A model generated the notes under the pieces. The model saw only the letters and a list, made by a program, of their open reading frames with translations. It made no database searches and was not told the origin of the DNA. A program made the position numbers and the translations under genes. Positions 12,263 through 24,340 of a stretch of DNA of 64,000 nucleotides are shown piece by piece (positions within the stretch are counted from its first letter, which is position 1; each line of letters begins with the position of its first letter). The stretch is taken from assembly GCF_003918875.1 (NCBI RefSeq), contig NW_025767457.1, positions 682,001 to 746,000 on the forward strand, written 5' to 3'. Source of the stretch: Haliotis rubra. Its lineage: Eukaryota.

Positions 12263-14243
12263 GGTTAGTTTTTAATGGTTCATCATCCGAGCTCCCCACC
12301 CACCACCCATCACAAGGACAATGCTAAAACAAGCGGGTCTCCGACTTGCAGCACCAAGGATACCCGGATGATATACTCCAGCAGAAAAATTAAAAGGTTA
12401 ATTATTCCACCAGATTGGCCCATGAGCCACCGCCTTCTAGGCATACGACTCTAGGTAAAAACATGAAAGTGTGTATTTGAATTTCTGAAGGTTAAAACAT
12501 TCGCCGAGACTTAAAATTAGCATGTTACAATTCTCAAATTTCTTTTTGCAACATTACATAATGTAATGCTCAGGGCTTGGCGTGACCAGCCGATTGGTTG
12601 AACCGGGCCCATTGAAGCTGAAGGTAGGGCCGAAGTGGTGTATTGGGCAATAAGAACACTGTTCCTATGCCCTCAACCACCAGAATCCCTTCCTCCACCG
12701 ACACAGGGGCAAACGGGTTGGTGGACCAAATATACCCCCGGGTCCACAACGGGGGGTTGAGGTGGCTTTTCACGGGTCCCCCGATCGAATAAATACCGTT
12801 TATCAAAGGGAAGCTACGAGACAGCACATTGGTTTCGAGCCTGGTCTTTGCATGAGAGATCAAGAGACGGGTAACATGAACAGTAAACCAAATACCAATC
12901 GGACATGTGTTCTCCCGAATTCAACTGTTATTAAATCAGGAGATTCAAATGACGTCGAGGACCAGAGATCTAGAAACAACTATTGAAACTCCTACCCCTA
13001 AAACCCTCGCTAAATTGCAAATATCCAGTGTTACCAGCGCTTGAGATATGTCTCAGCTATTTCCAAGCTAGACACCACGTTTCGGTATCCCAGACTGTTA
13101 TACTGCTAATGATATCAATTAGCCCAGTAATTTGTCGTTGCAATTCCGACTCGGTAGCCAGCAGAAAACACCATGTTTGTAAAAACCAAAGGCATTACCT
13201 ACATGACCCTCTATGATCCATAGTGGAATATGAATCGAAATATCGAATTGGTACAAATAGTGGATACATTTGAGTTTATAGAGCGAGACTAATTAGTTTA
13301 TTCAATTTGATTAGGATATAATTAGTTTGTAAAATGATACACAGTTTATTGATGATGGCTGGTTGTCCTCCGGCGGTGATGTTTTAACATTATACTTCTG
13401 TAACATGAGCCAAGCTACATTCGTATCTATTTCTCTAATTAGTTCTGCTCTTCAGCAAGCAATCGAAACACTGCACCCATCGGACTATTGCATCTTGTCA
13501 GTGAGACGTTGGCGATGCTGATAGCGTCAACGTGTGACTAAGAGCAATAATTAAGCTATTTGTTCACTTCATATTGTTTGGTTAGATTCACAGAGGGAAA
13601 AACATTGATGAGTGCGTGGTTTCGGTTTTCGGCCGCTTTGAACAATATATAAGTTAATACAATTCTAAATTGTTTTACTGGATTTTTTATTTGCTTACTT
13701 GCATATAGAACAATGCTTTTGTCAGTACAATTGTGCCTAAACTACCATATGTGTTTTTCTGTATGTATGGCACAACTGCATGGACAATTTCAACATGGTT
13801 TATGCTTAGTTACATACTGAGATAATACAAATTGACAAATTGAATGATATTCATCTTCAATTCAAACAGAGTTATACAGAAGATATTCTCGAATTCCTTG
13901 GCATATCACTGATATCAGTATGTAGTCAAATTTCAATTGAGAAACATCCAAATTACCTCATTTAAATAATTAAGGACAGGTCATATGTACAAAGTATATT
14001 ATATGCCATGGGAATATTATAGAAAAATGGACGAATGTTTTATTGCAGCGATGGGAATTACTTGATTATTGACGTCGATTTCTTGTTTACCTGTTTTGGG
14101 AAATTATCATCAAGGACCGACCTGTTTGTGAGATTAGCTAACATGGTTTGACGCTAACGGATAACTGAAGCGGCATGGATCGCCACAAAGCTGGGGACGC
14201 AACAATTATCTTAATTTATTTCCCAATACCCTCTTATCGACCT

Positions 14244-14522
14244 GACCCGTGAAGATCCGGGGTAGAATAGGTCTTCTGCAACCCATTCTTGTCATAAAAG
14301 GCGACTATGCTTGTCGTAAAAGGCGACGAAGGGGATCGGGTGGTCAGGCTCGCTGACTTGGTTGACACATGTCATCGGTTCCCAATTGCGCAGATCGATG
14401 CTCATGCTGTTGATCACTGGATTGTCTGGTCCAGCCTCGATTATTTACAGACCGCTGCCATACAGCTGGAATATTGCTGAGTGCGGCGTAAAACTAAACT
14501 CACTCACTCACTCACTCAGTCA
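14244..14522 (+). mobile_element. tRNA-less SINE-like retroposon (GACCCGTGAAG family), full length
   Basis: TSD ctcttatcgacct 14231-14243 / 14523-14535. LINE-like tail gctggaatattgctgagtgcggcgtaaaactaaactcactc. Absent from the paralogous block near 37645. Confidence 0.9.
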
Positions 14523-15187
14523 CTCTTATCGACCTTCGTGTCCATCTTCGCTCTTATTGTGTTACAATGGGTCTGTATAAAGAATCATCATGCTGGCAGG
14601 TCCCCATTTCATCACGTCATACAACATACGTATCTCATTTCCCTTTAAATTGTTATGAGTCTCAAATATCCAATTTGATCATACCTCTTTGTCTAATTCA
14701 TCTTGGGATTTGATTTTAGTTTGTTACACACGTAGGTTCCGTCTTGCACTGATATTAAGCTTAAAATATTCTTAGGTATTTGGACAGGCGTATTTGCTTG
14801 GACACATCGAACATGAGTTGCATACTTAGTGCTTGTTGAGCGATGGAACACATTGTATTACCAGAGTCGGGGTCATATATATAATATAATACCTTGCGAG
14901 TGACCGAGTAGGTGGGTGGGTTGGCGGGTGAGTCAATTAAGTAGAAGGGAGTTAACGGTGCTTTGGACATTAATCCAATGTAAGGCGTTTCAGCTATGTG
15001 TGGAAGGAACGTGACGCAAAATCCAGACGTTTCCCACGTTGACTGACTGACTGACTGAGTTTGGTTAGACTCCCACAACATTTGTCAAACACAGACAGTT
15101 ACATTATCCAACGTACGTAGGGGATTCAATTTGTAGTTAAAAAGTTCTTTTATTCCGGTGAAAGGGTAATGGTTCACCTCACATCCC

Positions 15188-15361
15188 TGACTGACTGACT
15201 GACTGACTGACTGAGTTTGGTTTTACGCCGCTTTTAGCAATATTCCAGCAACATCACGGCGGGGGACACCAGAAATGGGCTTCACACATTGTACCCATGT
15301 GGGATTCGAAACCGGGTCTTCAACGTGACGAGCCAACGCTTTAACCACTAGGCTACCCCCC
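15188..15361 (-). mobile_element. Short tRNA-derived SINE with the I/Nimb-type 3' tail
   Basis: A box tagcctagtgg, B-box-like gtttcgaatcc, tail gctggaatattgctaaaagcggcgtaaaaccaaac(tcag)n. Confidence 0.85.
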
Positions 15362-18300
15362 GTTGACGATACCCACGAGCATGAGTATGGTGCTGACAAA
15401 ACCAGGAAAAGTAGCCGTCGCGAACCGTGATTCAAACCCGCTTAACCTGATTTCTGGCATGGCCAAGGGACGCAACTCTGTACTACACATTGTTACGCCT
15501 TAGACGACTTTGCTAGCGATGACCCATATACAATTAAATTACAATGTCAACTGTGAACTGATAAACATAACAGCAATTGCTGTTAACAACTGAGCCTGCT
15601 ACATAAAGGCAGATATCCTGTTACCGTTATACTGTTATCAGTATTTACATTTGAAAATAATATTTCATATTTGTACATATCAACAGAAAACAGAAAAAAC
15701 ACTATATGACTTTGTGTCGTTATTACATTGCTTAGAGGAAAAAGGGAACAAAATGTCATTCATCTACTTTTCTGTTTCGTGTATTCACAAATTAGACATG
15801 AGCTTAAATATTATCAGTTGGCGACCATCTTCCTTCATTATACTTTAATGTGAGAAGACCGCACCTTAATTTGATATGTAATCTGCAGTTGTTCACAGAG
15901 CCAGTCTTATGTAGGCGTCCCAACAGTGCGAGTACTGTCTGTGAGGCGACCGAATGGTCTCTCGTGTATCTTGTCAAAACGTCCCGTGTGACCAGGCCCC
16001 GATATGCGGCCCCGAAATCGATCCTATTGATGTATATGGAAGCAACTCGGAGACAAATTGGCATTTATTTAATTATTTGGTTCATTTTTTTAAAACAATT
16101 CTTCAGTTGAGATTGAAATACACACTATGAATTTTCAAAAACATGACATCTGAAAGATCAAATGGAAATCATTTCTCCTGCTGACATAAGATGAAGTTTA
16201 TTTCCTTCCTGAGGTTGAAACAAATTATCTTTTACGCTTTCAAAGTAAGTGGTGTCACTGAACCAAAAAACGCGTGACAATCTTGGAGTGGTCATTAGTC
16301 TTTAGAAGATATCAGTTTAGTTTGTTTTTCATGGTGCTATGACATGTTAACCACGATTCCGTATTGATGTTGTTTGACCTCAAGAGGACTAAATGTCAAA
16401 GGAACCACATTACTTATTTCACCAGCCTAGGCGGAAATTCGTCTATCGTCCATCCATTTATCAAAGCAAAATCAAATACAGTGACACTTTGATACACAAT
16501 ATTATTTGAATAGTACTAAATTTCACTTCCTATCATTAAGACATTGGAGTGCGGTGTAAAATAATGCATGCATTGTCGCAGTTTTTATTACCTTAGGAAC
16601 CGATTCTCTGATCTTCAAGAACAGATAACATTTGTAAAATAACACGTGTTAAAAAGTCTGGTCATCTGTAACGAGAGCAAAAACTATCACGCCAGGCGGG
16701 TAAAGGTCAATACGTTTCGTTGAAAGAAACATGTTTATTTATGACGGACTGTTTGTAACTTATAACTTAGGAGTGAGTTAGTATGATTTTACGACTCTTT
16801 TACACTATTCCGATAATATAACGGCGGCGGATGGCCGAAATGGACACAACATGCTGTGCCCATGTGGGGAATCGAAACTAACTTTCGGCATGGATCGGAT
16901 ATTGGAACCTCACAGAAAATGAACTACTATTAATCAGTCGTTGCGACGGCCCAGGTTGCAATAAGGTGAACGCTTTATAACTAGCTTTGTGATGTTGTGA
17001 GGTCAAATAGGAAACGTTAGTGTTTAGTCATTTTCGCTGATTGAAAAAGGGGTAATAAGAAAAATAAAGCACTTGCTTTGTTCTTGAAGTTAGTTAATTG
17101 ATAAATGTGTGCCATGCATCCACACAGTACGTCCACGATGTTAATTACTGTTCTCTGTATATTTAATCAACTATCCAAATAGTACTTTTAGCAGTGAAAT
17201 ACATGTATTACTATTTGCATAAACGGCGGGAGCTCTTTATGTAAGTATATATGTAGTATTGAAGTAGGTTCCGAATGCCCTGTAACAACAAATGTCAGTT
17301 TTTGTATGTAGTTAAACAGGACAGACGTTCGGGTATTTAACAGCGAGGTTGATTTTTTTTAACGCCATCAGCAATATTTGGCATGTATGGCCTGGAAATG
17401 GTCAAATTGGATTCTGTGAAATAACACACAATGTCATACAATTTTGGGATACAATGACATTCATACAATGGCATTTTGTGGCAGACCGCTATTCAAAAGG
17501 CATATATGATACTATACATTTTTTCAGAAGAAGAGGAAAGTTTATTCGTGAATAATACATGACTCAAAGGTCGTTTAGATGGCTTATAATATGATGTGCA
17601 CAAGCAAACAAATACATATTTCATGTATGATTACAAAGGCAACAAATGATAACATTTTAATGATAGATTCAATGCTGGAAGACAGAAGATTACGAACGTG
17701 ACCAAAAGCCATATTTTACTTCCATCTTGACGGAAATGTTGGCGCTGATCATATGGAATCAGACCTCACACAAGGTCCATACTTGTCTGAAAAGCTTAAC
17801 GTCCCTAGCGACAAACGGTTGGATGACTAAGTTGTTGCCTGTTGTCAAGTATGCCTGAGGATGACTGGTGTATAGCTTTACCTTCCCTAGGCGGTCTGTG
17901 ACGATTATCCTGATGTCAGATACATTTAACGTGACATCTAAAGTGCCCTTATAGAATGCGTGAACATCAGGTTTTCTTGATATCCGTTTGTTAAGGTTCA
18001 TTTAGAAACTTCTCAGGTTTGTGTCGCTAGAGTTTTGGCGCCCACAAGAATCATTGGTGGTATGTGGCAAAATACATATATGCTGACAGTATTTCAGCCA
18101 TATTGTGGCGATATGTATAAATATTGAAAGTGTGACAATAAAGTTTAAGTCATCCATTCAAATATATATCTCTTTTATTGCAGAAAGCGGTTTCAAATTC
18201 CGCGATTTCCCCGTCCTTTGTCAAAGAAGTTAAACTGTCCAATCTGAGGAACGCTACTAACGAGCATCCACATCGGACCATGCGGGAACACTACTAAAGG

Positions 18301-18567
18301 TTACATGAGAAATACTCGCTATAAAAGTCCTGTTACTCAGGATCACCTGCGATGGTATCTGAGCAGGACAAGCGGCATGTCACCAAAGAGTGAGACAGTG
18401 GGTAACCCAGCTGGATAAAGTGAGCGGAACCAAATATTTATCCTGTGTAATGGACAGTGTTATTGACGTGAAAAACCGATAACCTCGGTATTATGATTCG
18501 ATAAACATGCAAATGAGGTAACTTTGTAGGAAGTTGAAGTCATCCGCGCAATGTCTACTTGCGCAAT

Positions 18568-18640
18568 GGCCGCCTCTGTGGTGTAGTGGTTAGAGCGTCC
18601 GCCCGGAGAGCGGAAGGTCGCAGGTTCGATCCCCGACCGC
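18568..18640 (+). mobile_element. Isolated tRNA-like head of the V-SINE (tailless insertion)
   Basis: Near-identical to the head of 19704-20061, ends at the tRNA-head boundary, absent from the paralog near 42525. Confidence 0.75.
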
Positions 18641-19703
18641 ATTTATTTTTGTTGATAAATGTGGCTGAAAATTATCTAGGACTATATGATGAATATTGTT
18701 ATCATATCCGACTTCTAAATGTCATGAGGGTGTGTTTTTGACAATAATGTCACATTAATTAACATTTAGTTAGTTTGGGTCACAAAAGTTTAAAGCCCCG
18801 AGTGGGATTTGAACTAACATCTTGAATTTAGGCTATTTAATTTCACCTGTTAAGAGAGTAAGCTAGGGAGTTAGAGTTGCCGCCTCTTTGTTGTTGTTGT
18901 TGCTTCCGGTGGAGAGAAGGACCGAGAAGCTCTATGATGATTGTGTTGTGGCGTGGATTAAGCTAGAAAAGTTGAGAACTGTATAATAGGTATATAAGAG
19001 ATGGCTGTCGAGATGTAGCGCTCATCTGTCGGCTAACATCGACGTTTCCAGAGGTATCGTCTACACTTCATTCATTTTTTTATCTCTGTAATTTCTAAAC
19101 CGTAACACTATAGTACTTTCAGAACCGACCCGCCTTAAGCAAATTAAGGATGACATTACATTTAATCTATAAATAATTTTTACTCTCATATCGTGAATAT
19201 ATGGAACAATATATGGAACACATACCTCATAGATTTGATGGGAAGACTCGCAGTGAATAATCATAATGTTTGCAGTATGTAATTGTTGAGATCATTATGT
19301 CGATCAAATTATCCGACCAAAACGATCGGAGGATCATGTTAGGTGACTTGGTAGTTTGTGTGTCCTCTTATCCCAATAGGACGGATTGTTGTGGTATGCG
19401 AGTGCGTGTTGGTTTTGCGTGTGCGTGTGCGCATGTTGTTATTTGTATTGTTTAGGGAGTAAGTGAGTTTGTTTTCGGCGCTTTGAATATATTCCAGTCA
19501 TAGCACGTGTCTAATGTAGGAGAACATATTTAAACATTCGGTGAAAAGTGCTAGCTGACAAAAATCGAACGCCGCAATTCACTATAGAAAGTAGAACCCC
19601 ATGGATACGCCAGAAATCTATTATTGAGGATTCGAATTCCAGTCCGCCCCGATTATGTTCCAATATTCATCATCGCAATACTTCCTCCTACATTCATTTA
19701 TAT

Positions 19704-20061
19704 GAGGTGAGGTGAGGTGAAATTGGGTTTAACGTCGTGCTTGAGAATATTTCGCTCATACGACGACGTGCATGCGTGTGTATGTGTATGTGCGACTGCT
19801 TGTACTAGCCCAGACTGAAGCTGGTTTTATAGTGCTAGTCCACTGAGATACCATGCCGCAGTGAAGCATGAATACCCCACTCAGACACATTATACTGACT
19901 CCGAGACGACCAGTCCTTGATGTACCCATTAATGCCGAGCGTCAGGCAGGGACCAACAAGTACCATATTTTAACGTCTTTTGGTATGACGCGGTCGGGAA
20001 TCGAACCCGCGACCTTCCGCTCGCCGGGCGGACGCTCTAACCACTACACCACGGAGGTGGT
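19704..20061 (-). mobile_element. tRNA-derived V-domain SINE (RUDI-like), full length
   Basis: tRNA head gtggtgtagtggttagagcg...gggttcgattccc. Central V-like block gactggtcg...gtcagtataatgtg...ggcatggtatctcagtg...gcactataaaa. Tail (CACCT)n. TSD ttcatttatatga / ttcatatatatga. Confidence 0.8.
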
Positions 20062-20179
20062 CTTCATATATATGAAGTAATGTCATACGGGCTTTACAAC
20101 CAACTCACTCATAAATCTAGGAGATTAGCCAAGACGTGAATCTTCCCCAAGACTAGAGGTTTCTGGAACGTCTGAAGGA

Positions 20180-23100
20180 TGCTACTCTGTACACCGAATT
20201 GCGGTGTACAGCTGATGACCCATCTACTGATTGGCGTACCTTATGAAAGGTTGGTAAGTAATGCCCCTAGGTTCTCTTCAGCTCCACATGACATTCTATT
20301 ATTCTTCAAAACCTGCGTCTGATGAAAGCTGGCAAGACGACTATGAAGATTATAGGACCGGTGCAAGTATTTAACTCGTCCAATTATTGCTTGATGACAT
20401 ACTCAAAGGACTATATTCAGATTCCATAGCAAAACGTTTACGTGTACGCAACAGGACAAAGCAACGGTAATTTGCGTCCATTTGCACAATGCGATCTTAA
20501 TGTCACGATATACTTTAAACAAAGGCTTGCACTATCGCTAAAATAGCTTTGTGCAAGTGGATCCTGGTGGCATGCACCTGAGGGTGAATGAACCCATATG
20601 ACGACCCCAGCGACATCAGTCCTCAACTACACAAAACATATCACAATGCATAAACTAGCTATCACATACAAACTCACATTGGAGTCGGTGGATTGTTGAA
20701 TGTGTGTGCCATGATCAATGCTTGTTTGAAACATTCATGTAAAGGTCACCAGTGTAGATCTGCACACCTTAACCATCTTAGGATCCGCTGAGAATGGGTT
20801 TGAATCTCGGATGAACAGACTATGAACGTTGGTCTATTACCATCATAACCTTTCTCGATCATCTTGAAAAAGTGATACAGGTGCTCGATCTACTGCACAG
20901 GTATACGGAAATTCTGTGATGTATTGCTGAAATCCGAAATCTGAGTGAATGTTGAAGATTGCTCAGATAAATTAAATCAAATAGCTGAGCTTATTTTCCG
21001 TCCCCGTCGAGACCTAGGATAAATTATGCCTATATAATATTGCTAAGGTTTAAAAGCGACCAAGCTGGTCCAGGTAATCGTACACCTGCTGCATTGCTCA
21101 TCATATCAACCACTAGTTTGCCAAGCGTAGATTCAACGGTTAACACTTTCTCAACCGTTGTGATACAGTTAGAATACACCTGACAGTCGACAACAAACAA
21201 AATTGGCAATTTCCTTAAATTAGGTTTGTTGTTTGTATGGGTATAGAACTGTTACTGTAATACCAAAAATTAGGTACATTAACGTTGTGGCAGCAGCAGC
21301 AAGGCAGCTACAATCTACAATAATATGGTTCGGGATGGTAATGATATGGTATGAGAGAGACCGAATGGTCAAACAAAAGGGACTGCCTGTCGTTTAACAT
21401 GAGTATGTACCAAAATAACGAGAAGTCCATAATAGGAACCATAATGAGAAATTCTGTTTGCAATATATTTTTAATTTCCTTTTCGTTCTATATTTACATG
21501 TCACATTAACCGGTTCTTTATATTACACGTGACACTAAATATTATCTTCGTTATTTTTTAAACAAAAAAGCCAACGCAATACAAACCGGCTAAATCAACA
21601 CAAAATTGACTCACCTATCCGCACGAAGCTTTGATCTACCGCTAACCGTGTGAAGGGAAGTGCGAGAGTCCCACGTGTTTTGACACGAGACGTGGTGTCA
21701 TATGTATTTTTGTGTCTAATATAGCTTCTCTAAATATCATATTTATTGTAGCAACAAACTGGCTTGCTTATTTTACCCCATTCAACAATCACGAACTGAT
21801 TACCGCCTCGTTTTCCATTGACTGCTAGTTTACAGTAACATCGGTAAAAATGTGTGAATTTAAATGGCCTCCGTATTTTACCCCATTCCATGTGCGTACC
21901 ACGTTCATGAGGGTCCGTATAACCTTAGGGTTGATTATATATATTTTACATAAAAACTGTAAATAAAATTCTTTGGGTTAAATAATAGTATTCTGTATTA
22001 TATTTTACTGACGACTGCGTCAGAATTCATCCCGTTATATTATTGTGCATGTTTGAACTTGTTCGCCGGGTAACGTGTGCACAGCTGATTGCTATTTCCG
22101 GCTTTGTGTACGAGACAAATACGCACGGTAATCTTAATCCCTGCAAATAATACAATGCCCAGCAAAAACAACTTATAACTTAAAAGGTAAATAATCTTGT
22201 CCAGTGATGTTTAATTGCAAATTTGACGTCTCTACTGACAAAGTTGTCTTCTGTTGTTTGTTCACGCGAAGTGATACGATGTTGTTTATTCAGTCAAAGC
22301 AATAAAAGTGCAGTGTGTCGATATTCAAGCCAGTTATGTTGTGATGCTGTTTTTGAATGTCTATACATGTATAATAAACGCTTGATGATCATAAATATTT
22401 TGGATTTTCCTTGAGGTGTATGAAAACCAAAAATCCAGATATCCGGATATTCAATTATCCGGACGATTTACGTAAAAACGATTTTGTCCGGATATCCGAG
22501 GTCTCACTGTACATAACTTTTACCCAAAGGTTCACATAAAATAGTTTCCAACGATTTAAATTACAAATAATTCTACGGTTTATATCATACAATACATTGC
22601 TCTACAAGTCAGGTGGCGTTTGCGCAAAGGTTTTCCGTGAAACATTTCGCAACGCTATGTATCGAACAATTTACAATACTTTGCTTCACTTGGATTATAC
22701 CTTTAATGTTACGCACGCCTCTTTAAAACACCGGTTAGTGGGGGAAATAGCAAGGAATGAGGTCCCGGACTTCTGAGCAAACATTGGACGTTTGCAGATG
22801 TACCAGGGAACGATTGGATGTCATCTTCAGCCAGCATCCGAGTCAGTTGCATTAACACAACAAGCACATGGATGTCATTTTCATTTGAGAGTAGAGCATA
22901 TATCTTTCTTTTACATAATTTCACATACACTGAAAGAGACTTTTGTGAGTTGGCTACATTGAGTGTAAAACGACCAATTTGACGGTTTACAGCCTTCCGA
23001 TTTCCGATGGGTAAAGATCTGTTGGGTACCGTTGGTCATACTTCTTTGGAAACATCTTTCATTACATAAAACATCCATAAAAAGTACCTGTTATTGTTAC

Positions 23101-24150
23101 AACTCAGTGAACACTAAATAATCAATCAGTCGGAATCTCATGGGTACACTGTTTTGTGAAAGGCTGAATGATGGAACAGATTACTGGCGTGGACTGGAAG
23201 TGTTTTTCGTTCGGACGCAGTTGGGTAAAAGAGCAATATAACGAGTGTTAGTCACTGCACGAGCCCGTCGGGACATCTCTTGGATCCCAATGACCAGTTG
23301 CAGCAGGAACAGCCACCGACATTTATTAACATTGGATTGGTCCTGTCTTAGAATCAGGAAGGTCTTCTCTAAAGATCGCACCTGTCTGAGGGTTTGATGT
23401 ATCCTGCTTGTAACTCATTGAAAGTGATACCTCCTTTGAAAAATATTGCCCACGGAGGCATTTAACTGGTGGTGCTGATGAAAATGCGTTGGAGATATTA
23501 ATCACGTCCATTGGGGCAACGATCCCTAAATATCGACTTCAAGATTTTATTTACGGTAAAGAAGATAATTTGGAAGAGATATTGACAAAAATGAAGTGAT
23601 TCTTGCCTCTTTAACATCCAAAACCAATCTCAAGTTGGTCAGCACCTTTCTTGGGGATTAATTAATCGAAACCTCCACTTCCCTAATTCTGGATCCATGC
23701 TGGAAGGAGTTCTTCAGCTTTAATTGTTATTGATTGTGAGGTTTGGGGCTATTGCCGCCAACGAGGATGTGGGAAATTAGATAATACACATAGATAAGAA
23801 GGAGCCATGATCCGCGGGTTACCGGTATCTACATTTCTTTGCTGATTTGCCATTCTATTGAAAACAACTGCACTGTCTGCAGCTTTCTTATTACGTTTAA
23901 AAGACATCTCCCATAGCGACGCCATTCGTTAACACCAATAAATCAGCGTTTGTGCTTCTGATGCATGTCGAAGAGCTGGCAGACTTACTCCTACATATTA
24001 TCTGTGGAATTTGTATCAAGTGCATCCTCGAACATATCTGCGACGAACACGCACTTGTTCTTGTCTCACTTGCCTCCTCATGTCATGTCATTTCGGAAAT
24101 ACTTTATTATGTTCGAATAAGTGTCCGTGATAATGTTAGGTACAGTAAGA
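20180..24150 (+). repeat. Duplicated block C+D (direct paralog 58965-61975)
   Basis: 20186-21580 matches 58967-60407 and 22730-24130 matches 60420-61950. 21590-22730 is present only in this copy. Confidence 0.9.
22420..22511 (-). mobile_element. Solo end of a pogo/Tigger-like element
   Basis: Reverse complement TA|cagtgagacctcggatatccggac with repeated tatccgga motifs. Confidence 0.5.
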
Positions 24151-24221
24151 ACCATGCAGTCTAGTAAAACCCCCAACAGAAATGCTGTCTTAACGATAAG
24201 TTTGTGTAAGGTGTGTGTAGT

Positions 24222-24340
24222 TGTGTTTAGTTTTACGCCGCAATCAACAATATTCCAGCTATATGACGGCGGTCTGTAAATAATCAGATCTGGACCAGAC
24301 AATAGAGGGATCAACATCAATCTACGCAATTGGGATAGGA
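24222..24340 (-). mobile_element. 3' half of a GACCCGTGAAG-family SINE split by LINE copy 2
   Basis: Matches the family 3' half and continues at 29707-29828. Confidence 0.85.

Larger units (their letters stand above)
6981..12780 (-). mobile_element. Full-length, degenerate I-group (Nimb/I-like) non-LTR retrotransposon, copy 1
   Basis: Domain order ORF1 - APE (QWNCRG, GDLNGH) - RT (NYRPISLTSCVCK, QCGFRK, FFDLEKAYD, VDDF) - RNase H (FTDGS, SDSLSCL, WLPSHVG). 3' tail of (ACTC)n. TSD ccgatggaata 6970-6980 / ccgatcgaata 12781-12791. The paralogous block has an empty site near 35396-35406. Confidence 0.95.
1710..19680 (+). repeat. Segmental duplication, copy A (interrupted by LINE copy 1)
   Basis: Colinear with 29935-43262, for example 1845/30075, 3050/31015, 5150/33590, 13150/35730, 15820/38610, 17800/41445, 19500/43090. 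Confidence 0.95.

Noticed and set aside
17908-17972. Pre-miRNA hairpin (cctgatgt...acatcagg) in the conserved island
   Set aside because: Only an 8-bp basal stem; the inner pairing is too irregular by eye.
18568-18640. Functional tRNA gene
   Set aside because: It matches the V-SINE head, has a poor acceptor stem and is absent from the paralogous block.
20215-20530. Cadherin repeat (NAPRF...VYAT)
   Set aside because: It lacks the LDRE/DxD/DxNDN calcium motifs. The resemblance is too weak, so it is kept only as an unidentified coding-like block.
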